DNA of 64,000 nucleotides from an uncultured Methanosarcinaceae archaeon (lineage in GTDB: Archaea; Halobacteriota; Methanosarcinia; Methanosarcinales; Methanosarcinaceae). Position 1 is the stretch's first letter. Each line of letters begins with the position of its first letter. The stretch lies in contig CAVRJG010000003.1 of the NCBI GenBank assembly GCA_963721455.1, positions 45,300 through 109,299 on the forward strand, given 5' to 3'. Both the position numbers and the translations under genes were made by a program. The notes beneath the pieces are model-generated. The model worked only from the letters and a program-made list of their open reading frames with translations. It did no database searches and was not told the origin of the DNA. Positions 10,564 to 19,592 of this stretch are shown piece by piece.

Positions 10564-11330
10564 TGAAATTGAAGGTATTCCGCTTTGATGGGGAAACCGG
10601 GGAATCCCACTACGATACCTTTGAAATCGAACCCTCGGCAGGGATGACAGTACTTTCCGCGCTGTTCAATATCCAGGAAGAACTCGATGATTCCCTTGCT
10701 TTCCGCTATTCCTGCAGGGGGGCAGTCTGCGGGAGCTGTGCAATGCTAATTAATAAAATTCCAGGGCTTGCCTGCCGGACCCGGATCGAATCCCTACTCA
10801 AAGGCGAAGGGAAAATAAAGCTGAAGCCTTTTCCGGGAATGGAAGAGACTGTTTTCCGGGACCCTGGAAATGAGGTACTTGTAGAACCCCTTCCTTCCCT
10901 GCCGAAAATAAAGGACCTTATCGTGGACATGGATAAATTCTTCGAATTCTACAGGGCAATCGAGCCGACCTTTAAACCGGCTTCAAAATCCTCTGAAATG
11001 GAGCAGCTCATGCAGCCTGATGCCGTAAAGGAGCTTGAGAAGTACACAAACTGCATACTCTGTGCTGCCTGCGTGGGTTCCTGTCCGGTTTCGGGAAAAG
11101 ACAAGGATTTTCTGGGCCCTGCTGCTCTTGCAAAGCTATACAGGTTCCATATCGATCCACGTGAGGCAGATGATGAATCCAGACTCATGCTTGCGAACAG
11201 TAAATGCGGCTGGTGGGGCTGTGAGTTTCATGCCAATTGTAAGGCTGTCTGCCCGAAAGGCGTTCCACCTGTTGAGGCAATCGGAAAGGCCAGAAGGGAA
11301 ATCAGAGGACCTGGGAAGGAACCCGAGTAA
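10563..11330 (+). CDS. sdhB: Succinate dehydrogenase/fumarate reductase Fe-S subunit
   Basis: SCRGAVCGSC...C [2Fe-2S], CILCAACVGSCP [4Fe-4S], CEFHANCKAVCP [3Fe-4S]; TGATG overlap with sdhA. Confidence 0.92.
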   Translation: MKLKVFRFDGETGESHYDTFEIEPSAGMTVLSALFNIQEELDDSLAFRYSCRGAVCGSCAMLINKIPGLACRTRIESLLKGEGKIKLKPFPGMEETVFRDPGNEVLVEPLPSLPKIKDLIVDMDKFFEFYRAIEPTFKPASKSSEMEQLMQPDAVKELEKYTNCILCAACVGSCPVSGKDKDFLGPAALAKLYRFHIDPREADDESRLMLANSKCGWWGCEFHANCKAVCPKGVPPVEAIGKARREIRGPGKEPE

Positions 11331-11379
11331 AAAATCCTGAAGCTTTTGAATGAGAATTTTCTGAGGTGAGGTTATAAAT

Positions 11380-12765
11380 CTGAAAACCCGAATCGAGAAG
11401 GATTCACTGGGAGAAATGGAAGTCCCGGAAAATGCCTATTTTGGCATCCAGACCCAGCGGGCTCTTTGTAATTTTCCTGTAAGCGGCCACAGGGCAAGGC
11501 CGGAATTCGTCAGGGCATACGTCCTGGTAAAAAAGGCAGCAGCTCTTGCTAATATGGAGCTTGGGGGTCTTGACAGGGAGAGAGGAAATGCCATCGTGGC
11601 AGCAGCCGAGGAAGTCCTTAATGACCTCAGCGGACGGTATTCGGGCCAGTTTCCTGTGGACGTGTTTCAGGCAGGTGCAGGTACTTCCTTTAATATGAAC
11701 ATTAATGAGGTTCTAGCTAACCGCGCTCTCGAAATACTGGGATGGAAACGAGGAGATTATAATTTCCTGAGCCCTAACGACCATGTTAACCGGGCCCAGT
11801 CAACTAATGATACTTTTCCAACTGCTTCCTACATAGCCATCATTTTTGCGGCTGACAGGCTTCTTGATGTACTCTCTTCTCTTTCCAGAGCTTTTCGGGC
11901 AAAAGCAGATGAGTTTTCGGGAATCCCTAAGTCAGGCCGCACACATCTTATGGATGCCGTACCTGTGACGCTTGGCGACGAGTTCGGAGCTTATTCTGCT
12001 GCGCTTTTGAGGGCTTCGCGCAGGATAAAAGAACGAAGAGATGATCTTCTCGAACTTCCTTTAGGAGGGACTGCAACAGGAACAGGGGCAAATACAGATC
12101 CGGGGTATCGGGAACTTGTAATCCCAATACTTTCCGCCCTTTGCAAACTGCCTTTCCAAAGGGCGGTTGACAGCTTCGAAGCCCTGCAGAGCCGGTCCCA
12201 ACTTGCCGCCTTTTCAGGGGCTCTCCGGGAACTTGCACTTGAACTTATAAGGATAGCTAATGACCTCAGGCTCCTTAATGCCGGCCCCACCTCCGGAATT
12301 TCCGAAATTGAACTTCCGGCTGTACAGCCTGGATCATCCATGATGCCAGGAAAATATAATCCTGTAATGGCCGAATGCCTGGACATGATAGGGTTCCAGA
12401 TTGTGGGCAATGATACAGCAGTCGCTCTTGCAGCTCAGGCAGGGCAGCTCGAACTCAATGTTATGACCCCTGTAATGACATCCAATATTCTTGTATCCAT
12501 TTCCCTGCTCACGAATTATCTGCCCGTTTTTCAGGAACGCTGTGTAGAAGGGATTAAGGCGCATGAGGACAGGTGCAGGGCTTACCTTGAGCTAAATCCT
12601 GTCCTGGTAACCTTCCTTGCCCCGAAGATCGGGTATCTTAAGGCTGCGGAGATTGCAAAAGAGGTGCTGGATAAGAAGATGCCTGTTAAGGAAGTTCTGG
12701 TAATGGAAGGGATTTTGAGCAAAGAAGAAGCTGATGAACTGTTCAAAATTGAAAAATTATTATAA
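11380..12765 (+). CDS. Class II fumarase / aspartate ammonia-lyase family lyase
   Basis: GSSMMPGKYNP signature, GRTHLMDAVP, QSTNDTFPT; conserved N-terminus KTRIEKDSLGE lies upstream of the annotated ATG 11416, implying CTG start at 11380. Confidence 0.88.
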   Translation: MKTRIEKDSLGEMEVPENAYFGIQTQRALCNFPVSGHRARPEFVRAYVLVKKAAALANMELGGLDRERGNAIVAAAEEVLNDLSGRYSGQFPVDVFQAGAGTSFNMNINEVLANRALEILGWKRGDYNFLSPNDHVNRAQSTNDTFPTASYIAIIFAADRLLDVLSSLSRAFRAKADEFSGIPKSGRTHLMDAVPVTLGDEFGAYSAALLRASRRIKERRDDLLELPLGGTATGTGANTDPGYRELVIPILSALCKLPFQRAVDSFEALQSRSQLAAFSGALRELALELIRIANDLRLLNAGPTSGISEIELPAVQPGSSMMPGKYNPVMAECLDMIGFQIVGNDTAVALAAQAGQLELNVMTPVMTSNILVSISLLTNYLPVFQERCVEGIKAHEDRCRAYLELNPVLVTFLAPKIGYLKAAEIAKEVLDKKMPVKEVLVMEGILSKEEADELFKIEKLL

Positions 12766-13139
12766 CTTGCTTGATTCCAGAGAATACTGCTGATTTTGTG
12801 CCTTCAAAAGCATCATAATGAGATAATGGGAAAATAATCGAGTACAGAAAAGTAATCGAGTACAGAAAAGTGGGCGGCAGAAAAGTTAAGAGTGAGACGT
12901 TTTTCCCCCATTAATCCAATCAGGTTATTGGTGGGATTCTTTATTTAGCTTGATTATAAAAATTATAGTTACGTCGTCTCGGTTCTTTTGAATTGAATTT
13001 CAGGCTTTTAAGTTTATGATTCTTAAAAAGTCCTTAAGTTTGTGGTTCTGACACTGTGATTCTTCAAAACCACTGGTTAATTGAAGCCACAGGTTAAGGT
13101 AGCGCTATGTAAAGCAAATAAGGTAATGTTTAATGTATC

Positions 13140-13493
13140 TTAATTAAGGTACCCTTTTCTTTCAAGCCATTCAATCTGGGGCCTTGTGTATTTCCAGGTA
13201 ACGTCGGCTTTTGAATTCTGAACTTCCCACGGATTGGCTATGACAACATCGCCTTCGCGGATCCACATTCTTTTTTTCTTGGAACCGGGAATCCTGCCCA
13301 TTCGGACTACTCCGTCCATGCACTGCAGTGTAACTCTTTTTGAGCCAAGTAAACTTGCTACTGTTGCCAGGACTTCGTTTCTGTCTTTACGGGGAGTTCG
13401 TACCCTTGTTATTTCCTGGGGGCCGTCTCCTGAGCCTGTCGAACTGGTAGATCCTAATTTTCTTTTCCTAATAGTGCTTCTGTAATTAGCCAG
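13140..13493 (-). CDS. eif1a: Translation initiation factor aIF-1A (copy 1), 117 aa, CTG start
   Basis: Manual translation (M)[11 protein letters not shown]...[55 protein letters not shown]...[18 protein letters not shown]; GGAGG 7 nt upstream of CTG. Missed by the ORF track. Confidence 0.9.
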   Translation of the reverse strand: MANYRSTIRKRKLGSTSSTGSGDGPQEITRVRTPRKDRNEVLATVASLLGSKRVTLQCMDGVVRMGRIPGSKKKRMWIREGDVVIANPWEVQNSKADVTWKYTRPQIEWLERKGYLN

Positions 13494-13764
13494 ATTAATT
13501 CCTCCGATGCTGATTTTTTTAGCTTAATAATTTCGGTAATAAATCCTTTTTGCTAGTTTCGATTCTTAATTCCGGTTGTTTTTCCTTTTTTCGCGAGTGG
13601 TATCAAATATCTGCTATTTCCGAATAGATGTAATTAATTTATCATGAATTCGGTTCCAGGACGCATCCGCAGAAATAGAAGGCGAAAAACAGAAAGATTA
13701 AAACCATTAGTGAAAAATGAATTGAGTGTTAATCCAAAAAATTAACACTCAATACAGATTATCT

Positions 13765-13971
13765 TTAAAACTTCCTGTGGTTAGGAAGACATTCTCTGCA
13801 GTAAACCGGCCGTCCTTCAGTTGGCTTGAACGGAACTTCAGTCTCAACACCGCAGTCAGAACAGGTAACTTTGGTCATTTCCCTGGGGCCGCTGTTGCCG
13901 CCTCTGAAACCTCCACGGTTGCTGTCTCTGTTGCCGCCGCGGAAAGAATTTCCTCTGTCATTAAAACCCAT
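13765..13971 (-). CDS. CxxC-x17-CxxC zinc-ribbon protein with RGG-rich N-terminus (copy 1)
   Basis: CSDC-x17-CREC; FRGG repeats; GGAGGTGA ribosome-binding site. Confidence 0.9.
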   Translation of the reverse strand: MGFNDRGNSFRGGNRDSNRGGFRGGNSGPREMTKVTCSDCGVETEVPFKPTEGRPVYCRECLPNHRKF

Positions 13972-14484
13972 ATTTGTTTCACCTCCGCTTATAGCGGGTA
14001 ATTATAGAGTAAAAACAAGATTGTATAAAATTTATTGATTAAAAACAAAAATGGAGTTTTTAATAACAGATTATACGTCTCTTTATTTTCAACTATATCT
14101 ACACAGTCATTTAAATATATAAATCTTCCTATGAAAACACAGAGTAATGGTGGTAAAATCCTCTCAAGCGGACGTCTATCAAGCGAATATCTATAATCTG
14201 CACTTCGAATTTAAGTATATAAACTTGAGATAATTATTATCAGTCCACGGACTGCAGGAAATACCAATCTGCTGGAAAATCAGATAACTTTGCTGATTTA
14301 AAATCTTTGCTGATTTAAATGATTCTAAGGAAAGTTCAAACTCATTATTCTATGAAATATATAACAGTACACTTGTTCAATAAAAGCATAATATAAAAGA
14401 AGCCGTCCGTTTGGCCTGCCCAAGCTAAGCGAAACGGACATAATTGTCAAGTGAAATTTTCCGAATGAACTGGTATTAGCAATA

Positions 14485-14692
14485 TTAATACCTGTTTTCT
14501 CTGGGTTTTCTGTGGTTAGGAAGGCACTCTCTGCAGTAGACTGGTCTGTCGGGGTCAGGTTTGAAAGGTACCTGAGTTTCAGCACCGCAGTCAGAACAGG
14601 TTGCGTTGTGCATTTCCTTCGGGGCTCCGAAACCTCCACGGTTGCTGTCTCTTGCCGCCGCGGAAAGAATTTCCTCTGTCATTAAAAGCCAT
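14485..14692 (-). pseudogene. CxxC-x17-CxxC protein (copy 2), 2-nt deletion frameshift
   Basis: ATG 14692 gives MAFNDRGNSFRGG; GGCAAGAGAC versus GGCAACAGAGAC in copy 1; zinc ribbon in another frame; 208 nt long. Confidence 0.8.
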
Positions 14693-15167
14693 TTTATTTT
14701 CACCTCCGCTTACAGCGGATAGTCAATAGTTTAAAAATAAGACTGATATAACTCTTTGATTAAAAACAGAAGGTAGTTTTTAATAACAGATTATATATCT
14801 CTTTATTTTTAATGTTCTTAGTATACAATCAAATTATATAAGTTTTACTCCTAAAAATCAGGAACGCGCAAAAAATGCTTTCTACTTTAAGAGTTACCCT
14901 TGTTAAAGCCAATCTTTCAGATTCTTTTCTGACAGATGTGGTAATTGCCAGTTAAACTCCACGAGGAAGGCAAGGATAAGTTGAAAAGGTTAGAGGTAAG
15001 CGCTTGAAGGAAGGAACACGGAAAAGGTTAAAGGTAAGCGAAGGTAAGCGCTTGAAGGAAGGAACATGGAAAAGATGAATAGGGGTTTAACCTAAAACTG
15101 GTTAAAACCGGATTATTGTCAGGACAATATAATTTTTATTTAAACTTTACTGTGATATTTCAGGAAT

Positions 15168-15512
15168 TTACTTCAGGTAACCTTTTCTTTCAAGCCATTC
15201 GACCTGAGGCCTTGTGTACTTCCAGATTACATCGGCTTTGGAATCCTGAATCTCCCAGGGAGCGACGATTACTACATCTCCCTCGTGGATCCACATTTTC
15301 TTATTCTTGGACCCCGGAATTCTACCCATTCGGACTATACCGTCCATACACTGCAGTGTGACTCTTTTTGAGCCTAAGAGGGTTCCTACGGTTGCCAGGA
15401 CTTCATGATTCTCCTTACGTGGAGTACGCACCCTTGTTACTTCCTGAGTAGCCGGTGCGGCGCTTCCAGTTCCTGCTTTTCTCTTCCTGATATTGCTTCT
15501 ATAGTTTGCCAG
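15168..15512 (-). CDS. eif1a: Translation initiation factor aIF-1A (copy 2), 114 aa, CTG start
   Basis: The ORF-track protein extends in frame to CTG GCA AAC TAT AGA AGC ((M)[11 protein letters not shown]), homologous to copy 1, with GAGG upstream at the same spacing. Confidence 0.9.
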   Translation of the reverse strand: MANYRSNIRKRKAGTGSAAPATQEVTRVRTPRKENHEVLATVGTLLGSKRVTLQCMDGIVRMGRIPGSKNKKMWIHEGDVVIVAPWEIQDSKADVIWKYTRPQVEWLERKGYLK

Positions 15513-15968
15513 GTTAATTCCTCGTAGTTTTATCAGTTTAAATTATTTTGTCACGATTTGCTTATGTTTTATCATATTTTTCGGATTTACTATGTTCACC
15601 AATTCTTTAGGTACTTTGATGTGAAGGTTCATAAATGGATAAGAATTAAAAAACCTCTAAAAAATATGAACTCTCTGAAAAATCCAAAATCTCAGGAAAC
15701 CTTTAGATTTTAAAGATCCTTCAGTTACTCCATAACCCCTGGACTGAGAGTTTGCTTCAAAATCCTTCAGAGTAATTCTATATTCTATGATAAATTTTAA
15801 CTATGTATAATGGATATCTATGTCCCCACTCTATAACTAAATTAATAACTATTTAAGAGTTCCTATGTCCTTTACCTTCACTTAAGGTAAAAAACACAGA
15901 ATAAAAGGTGGAGTAAGTGTTGATATAATTAATTTGTAAATCAACACCTTCCATTGAGAAATTTGAAC

Positions 15969-16175
15969 TTAGAACTTCCTGTGGTTAGGCAGGCAGTCTC
16001 TGCAGTAAACCGGCCTTCCTTCTGTCGGCTTGAATGGAACTTCAGTCTCAACACCGCAGTCAGAACAGGTAACTTTGTGCATTTCCCTGGGGCCGCTGTT
16101 GCCGCCTCTGAAACCTCCACGGTTGCTGTCTCGGTTGCCGCCGCGGAAAGAATTTCCTCTGTCATTAAAACCCAT
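15969..16175 (-). CDS. CxxC-x17-CxxC zinc-ribbon protein (copy 3)
   Basis: Differs from copy 1 at two residues; same RBS. Confidence 0.9.
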   Translation of the reverse strand: MGFNDRGNSFRGGNRDSNRGGFRGGNSGPREMHKVTCSDCGVETEVPFKPTEGRPVYCRDCLPNHRKF

Positions 16176-16518
16176 TTTGTTTCACCTCCGCTTATAGCGG
16201 ATACATGTATTCAATAAAAACATGATCGGATATAACTTATTATTTAAAAACAAAAATGGAGTTTTTAATAACAGATTATATGTCTCATTATTTTTACTAA
16301 TGATAAAACCATTTTTATGCTATATAAGATTAATCCATAAGAACCGGAAGAAATAGAAGCATATTCCTCAAAGAGAAAAGGGCATGGGGTGACATATCAA
16401 ACATACTAATAATACTAATAATTATAATAATAATAATAATAAATTGAGAGGGGAAACACTGTTACAAGAAGGTTTCCATTGATAATGATTAAAATCAAAC
16501 GTTTCAGAATTTTTGGAA

Positions 16519-16614
16519 TTAGAACTTCCTGTGGTTAGGAAGACATTCTCTGCAGTAAACCGGCCTTCTTTCAGTTGGCTTGAATGGAACCTGCGTTTCA
16601 ACACCACAATCAGA
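16519..16614 (-). pseudogene. 3' remnant of a fourth CxxC-x17-CxxC gene
   Basis: Encodes SDCGVETQVPFKPTERRPVYCRECLPNHRKF*; first Cys and the whole 5' half are missing. Confidence 0.85.
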
Positions 16615-16652
16615 AAGAAGATAAAAATAAAGAGACGATAAATAATAGATTG

Positions 16653-16979
16653 ATGAATTATTATTACCTGCTTTTACTGGCAATTATATTTGAGGTCTGC
16701 GGAACTACATGCATGAAATTTTCCCAGGGTTTTTCAAGATTACTTCCGTCGATTTTGATCTTCGTTTTTTATGCTATCAGTTTCTTTTTTTTTACTCTGG
16801 CCCTTAAAGGTATAGATGTTAGCATTGCATATGCAATATGGGCAGGGCTCGGGACAGCTCTCATCACTGTGGTCGGGATTTTCTGGTTCGAGGAACCTGT
16901 CAATGCCCTGAAAATCGCTTCTCTTTTTGTTGTCGTGGCAGGAGTTATCGGGCTTAACCTTAGCGACAGAATGACCTGA
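16653..16979 (+). CDS. SMR family (EmrE/QacE-like) small multidrug transporter
   Basis: Four TM helices, conserved Glu in AIIFEVCGT, AYAIWAGLG motif; ATG 16653. Confidence 0.9.
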   Translation: MNYYYLLLLAIIFEVCGTTCMKFSQGFSRLLPSILIFVFYAISFFFFTLALKGIDVSIAYAIWAGLGTALITVVGIFWFEEPVNALKIASLFVVVAGVIGLNLSDRMT

Positions 16980-17033
16980 AGTAAGCCTGAAGACCTGTCG
17001 GCTTCAAAACCAATATTGAAATGAATTGAGGAC

Positions 17034-17723
17034 TCAAAGTTTTTTAGCAACAATAACAAATCCGTTGATTTTTTTTCCTGTCCTTGTTTTGAGCTCTTCA
17101 ATCCTGAAATAATCGATATCGAACCCGCAGTTTACCAGCAGACACACAAGTTCTTTTTCGGAAAAATGATGTGCAATATACTCGATTTCTCCTGTATCGG
17201 AGTTCAGGGCAAGGAAAGAGCCTTCTTTTTTTGTAACCGGAAAATCCCGGAGGTATCGGTTTCTGTAAAGTTTGAGGTGCCAGTTCTGGCCGAATTCCAC
17301 AAGGTAAAGGTAACCTTCAGGTTTCAGGACCCGGTAGGCTTCCCGCATTATCACTTCCCTTTCCCGTGCATCAGGCACGGAGGTTAGAAAAGCCTGCATC
17401 ACTGCAAGATCGAAGTTTTGTGCAGAGAAAGGAAGTCCTGAAGCATTTCCAATTTCAAAATCAGCCTTCCCGGTCATCTTCCCATGTAGCTGAAGGTTTT
17501 CTGCAGTGGCTTTTGAAAGCCTGATCGCCTCCGAATTTATATCTATCCCGGTAACCGAATATCCGAGGGAAGCGAGCTTCAAGGTAACTTTTCCGAAACC
17601 GCATCCGATGTCGAGAATTTTGTAGCCGTGCTGTAAGTATTCGTAAATTACAGGATATAAGTCCAGGCTTGAAGGTATATTTTCTCCGAAAACTTTTTTC
17701 CAGTATGCTTCTGACATATACAA
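17034..17723 (-). CDS. Class I SAM-dependent methyltransferase
   Basis: ILDIGCGFG, GIDIN, LPF..FD, RVLKPEG. Confidence 0.9.
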   Translation of the reverse strand: MYMSEAYWKKVFGENIPSSLDLYPVIYEYLQHGYKILDIGCGFGKVTLKLASLGYSVTGIDINSEAIRLSKATAENLQLHGKMTGKADFEIGNASGLPFSAQNFDLAVMQAFLTSVPDAREREVIMREAYRVLKPEGYLYLVEFGQNWHLKLYRNRYLRDFPVTKKEGSFLALNSDTGEIEYIAHHFSEKELVCLLVNCGFDIDYFRIEELKTRTGKKINGFVIVAKKL

Positions 17724-19021
17724 CCTAATACCACCTGGAAATAAAGAATATTTCGAGATCTTGTGCTCAACTAAAAATCCGGGAATTACCGGGTTAGGAA
17801 ATGATTATTATAAAATCCTGATCCCAAAAATAACCTGAAGATAACTTTCTTGGAGAGGCTTTTCTCCTGAAAACGCCTGCTTAAAAAATAATAAAGATAT
17901 TTCAGGCAACCTCTGAAACCGCCCTCAGGGATTGCCTGGAAGATTCTTCTGTGTAAGGGATTAACCCCGATCCATACGGTCTCTGACACCGTCTTGCTAC
18001 CGTTGCATTCAGGGCTTCGATTCCCGCAGCAGACCCTGTTTCAGTTCCTGACCTTCAGGCCTGGTTCGCCACAGAGAAATCCGGCAACCATATTTTCTGC
18101 TGCCGTGCAACCGCCCTTCCTGAAACCTGTCAGGGTTGCAGGGCAAGTTGCCTGCACGGGATTCGTCAACGGCTCCAGTTGCGGCGGCTCCGGAAGGAAT
18201 CAGAGTCAGCAACGTTATTATAAAAGCAACAGGCGCCGCAGATTTCATTTGAACTTCCCTCAACGTTCATTTTTTTCTCCGTGTTTCGAAGTTCTTACCC
18301 GTTTTTGAATTTTCCTTCTTATTTTTTAGGACCTTTATTCCTTCAAATTTTAAAGATCTTTTCAAATCCCGTTTTATCGCTTCCCGGCTTTTTACTATTC
18401 TTTTCCGGGAGGCTGGCAGGGACCAAATCTCATATTGTAAAATTAAAATATAAGTATACTTTTTTCAATAGTCGGAGTATTGCACCGGATTGAGCCTTTT
18501 AAAACTTGATAATACTTTATTTCCCTTTATAAAAGATGAAAGGAACTTAAAATTTAAAAATAATATATATGGACTCGTATATTAAGTAAAAAAAGGCTCT
18601 CGGAAGCAAAAAAATGTTTCCAATTACTACCTATCTTCCGATCCTCTGTTGTATCTATAAAAATAGCTGGAAAAATAAACGAATCAATAAATCTTTTTTA
18701 ATAGACGCTGCTGTCAACATCAAGCCTTGAATCCCATAAAGAACCTTGCATAAGCTGTTTGGGATTGAGATCGACTCAGGCTCCATAATTCAAAATGGCG
18801 CATGTTTTCTTTGCATATTCTTTCCTCCAAAATAAACGTTAGAAAATAAAACATGCAGCCGAGAAAATGGAAGATGAGGTTTCGAGAAGTAGTTAAACCT
18901 GGAAGCAGTTGAACTTATATCGAATACACTCTTTTTGAAAAAGCATTTAAATGAAAAAAATTAAAAGAAAGCAGGAAAATAGTCTATTTTGAACAGGAGC
19001 GAAGCAGCAGGAGCGAATATT

Positions 19022-19567
19022 ATGGAATGGCCTGTAACTGTTGGTGATTATGTAATAGGAGACATAAATTCAAGCGTAGCTGTGGTTACTCTTGCCTCTG
19101 ATTACAGAGCATGGGGACTAAGGAATTATGCAATTTGCGGGACCTGTTTTACCGAAAATTTCGGGATTGAAAAAATAATTGTCAATGTGCTTGCAAACCC
19201 GAACATAAACTGCCTGATCGTTTGCGGGGAAGAAAGCGCCCACCTGGCAGGCCAGTCCCTCATTTCCCTTGCCGAAAACGGAGTCTCCACCATGGCAAGC
19301 TCAAGAAAGATAGTCGGCTCAAATTCTCCCCTGCCCTATTTAAACGAAATCCCGATGAATGCAATCTCCCGCTTCCTCAGGGAAATAAAAGTCATAGACT
19401 TTGTCGGAAATAAAGATCCTGCCGCCATCCAGAAAGCAATCGACTCCTGCACCGCCCCTGCAAGAAGCGAAGCTCATATCGTTTCCATGCCAGAAATCGA
19501 TGAAAACAGCTGGAAAAAGTACGAAAAACTGGTAACTCAGAACGTGATGTCGAAAATAAAGAAATGA
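19022..19567 (+). CDS. Soluble MtrA/MtxA-like corrinoid protein, no membrane anchor
   Basis: WPVTVGDY, TENFGIEKIIVNVLANPNI, CGEESAHLAGQS (corrinoid-ligand His position); no hydrophobic C-terminal helix. Confidence 0.85.
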   Translation: MEWPVTVGDYVIGDINSSVAVVTLASDYRAWGLRNYAICGTCFTENFGIEKIIVNVLANPNINCLIVCGEESAHLAGQSLISLAENGVSTMASSRKIVGSNSPLPYLNEIPMNAISRFLREIKVIDFVGNKDPAAIQKAIDSCTAPARSEAHIVSMPEIDENSWKKYEKLVTQNVMSKIKK

Positions 19568-19592
19568 TGGCCAGAAGGTTGCCTCTGATTCT

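Noticed and set aside
5541-12564. Many antisense and overlapping ORFs across the metabolic operon
   Set aside because: Shadow frames of well-supported genes, with no motifs or RBS.
14983-15074. Short imperfect tandem repeats (AGGTAAGCGCTTGAAGGAAGGAACA)
   Set aside because: Local slippage duplication downstream of aIF-1A with no sign of function.
16623-16637. 14-bp inverted match to the start of the zinc-ribbon leader (AAAATAAAGAGACG)
   Set aside because: Short and A-rich; could be chance.
18009-18263. ORF with a signal-peptide-like start
   Set aside because: Remainder is not protein-like; possibly a degraded gene but unassignable.
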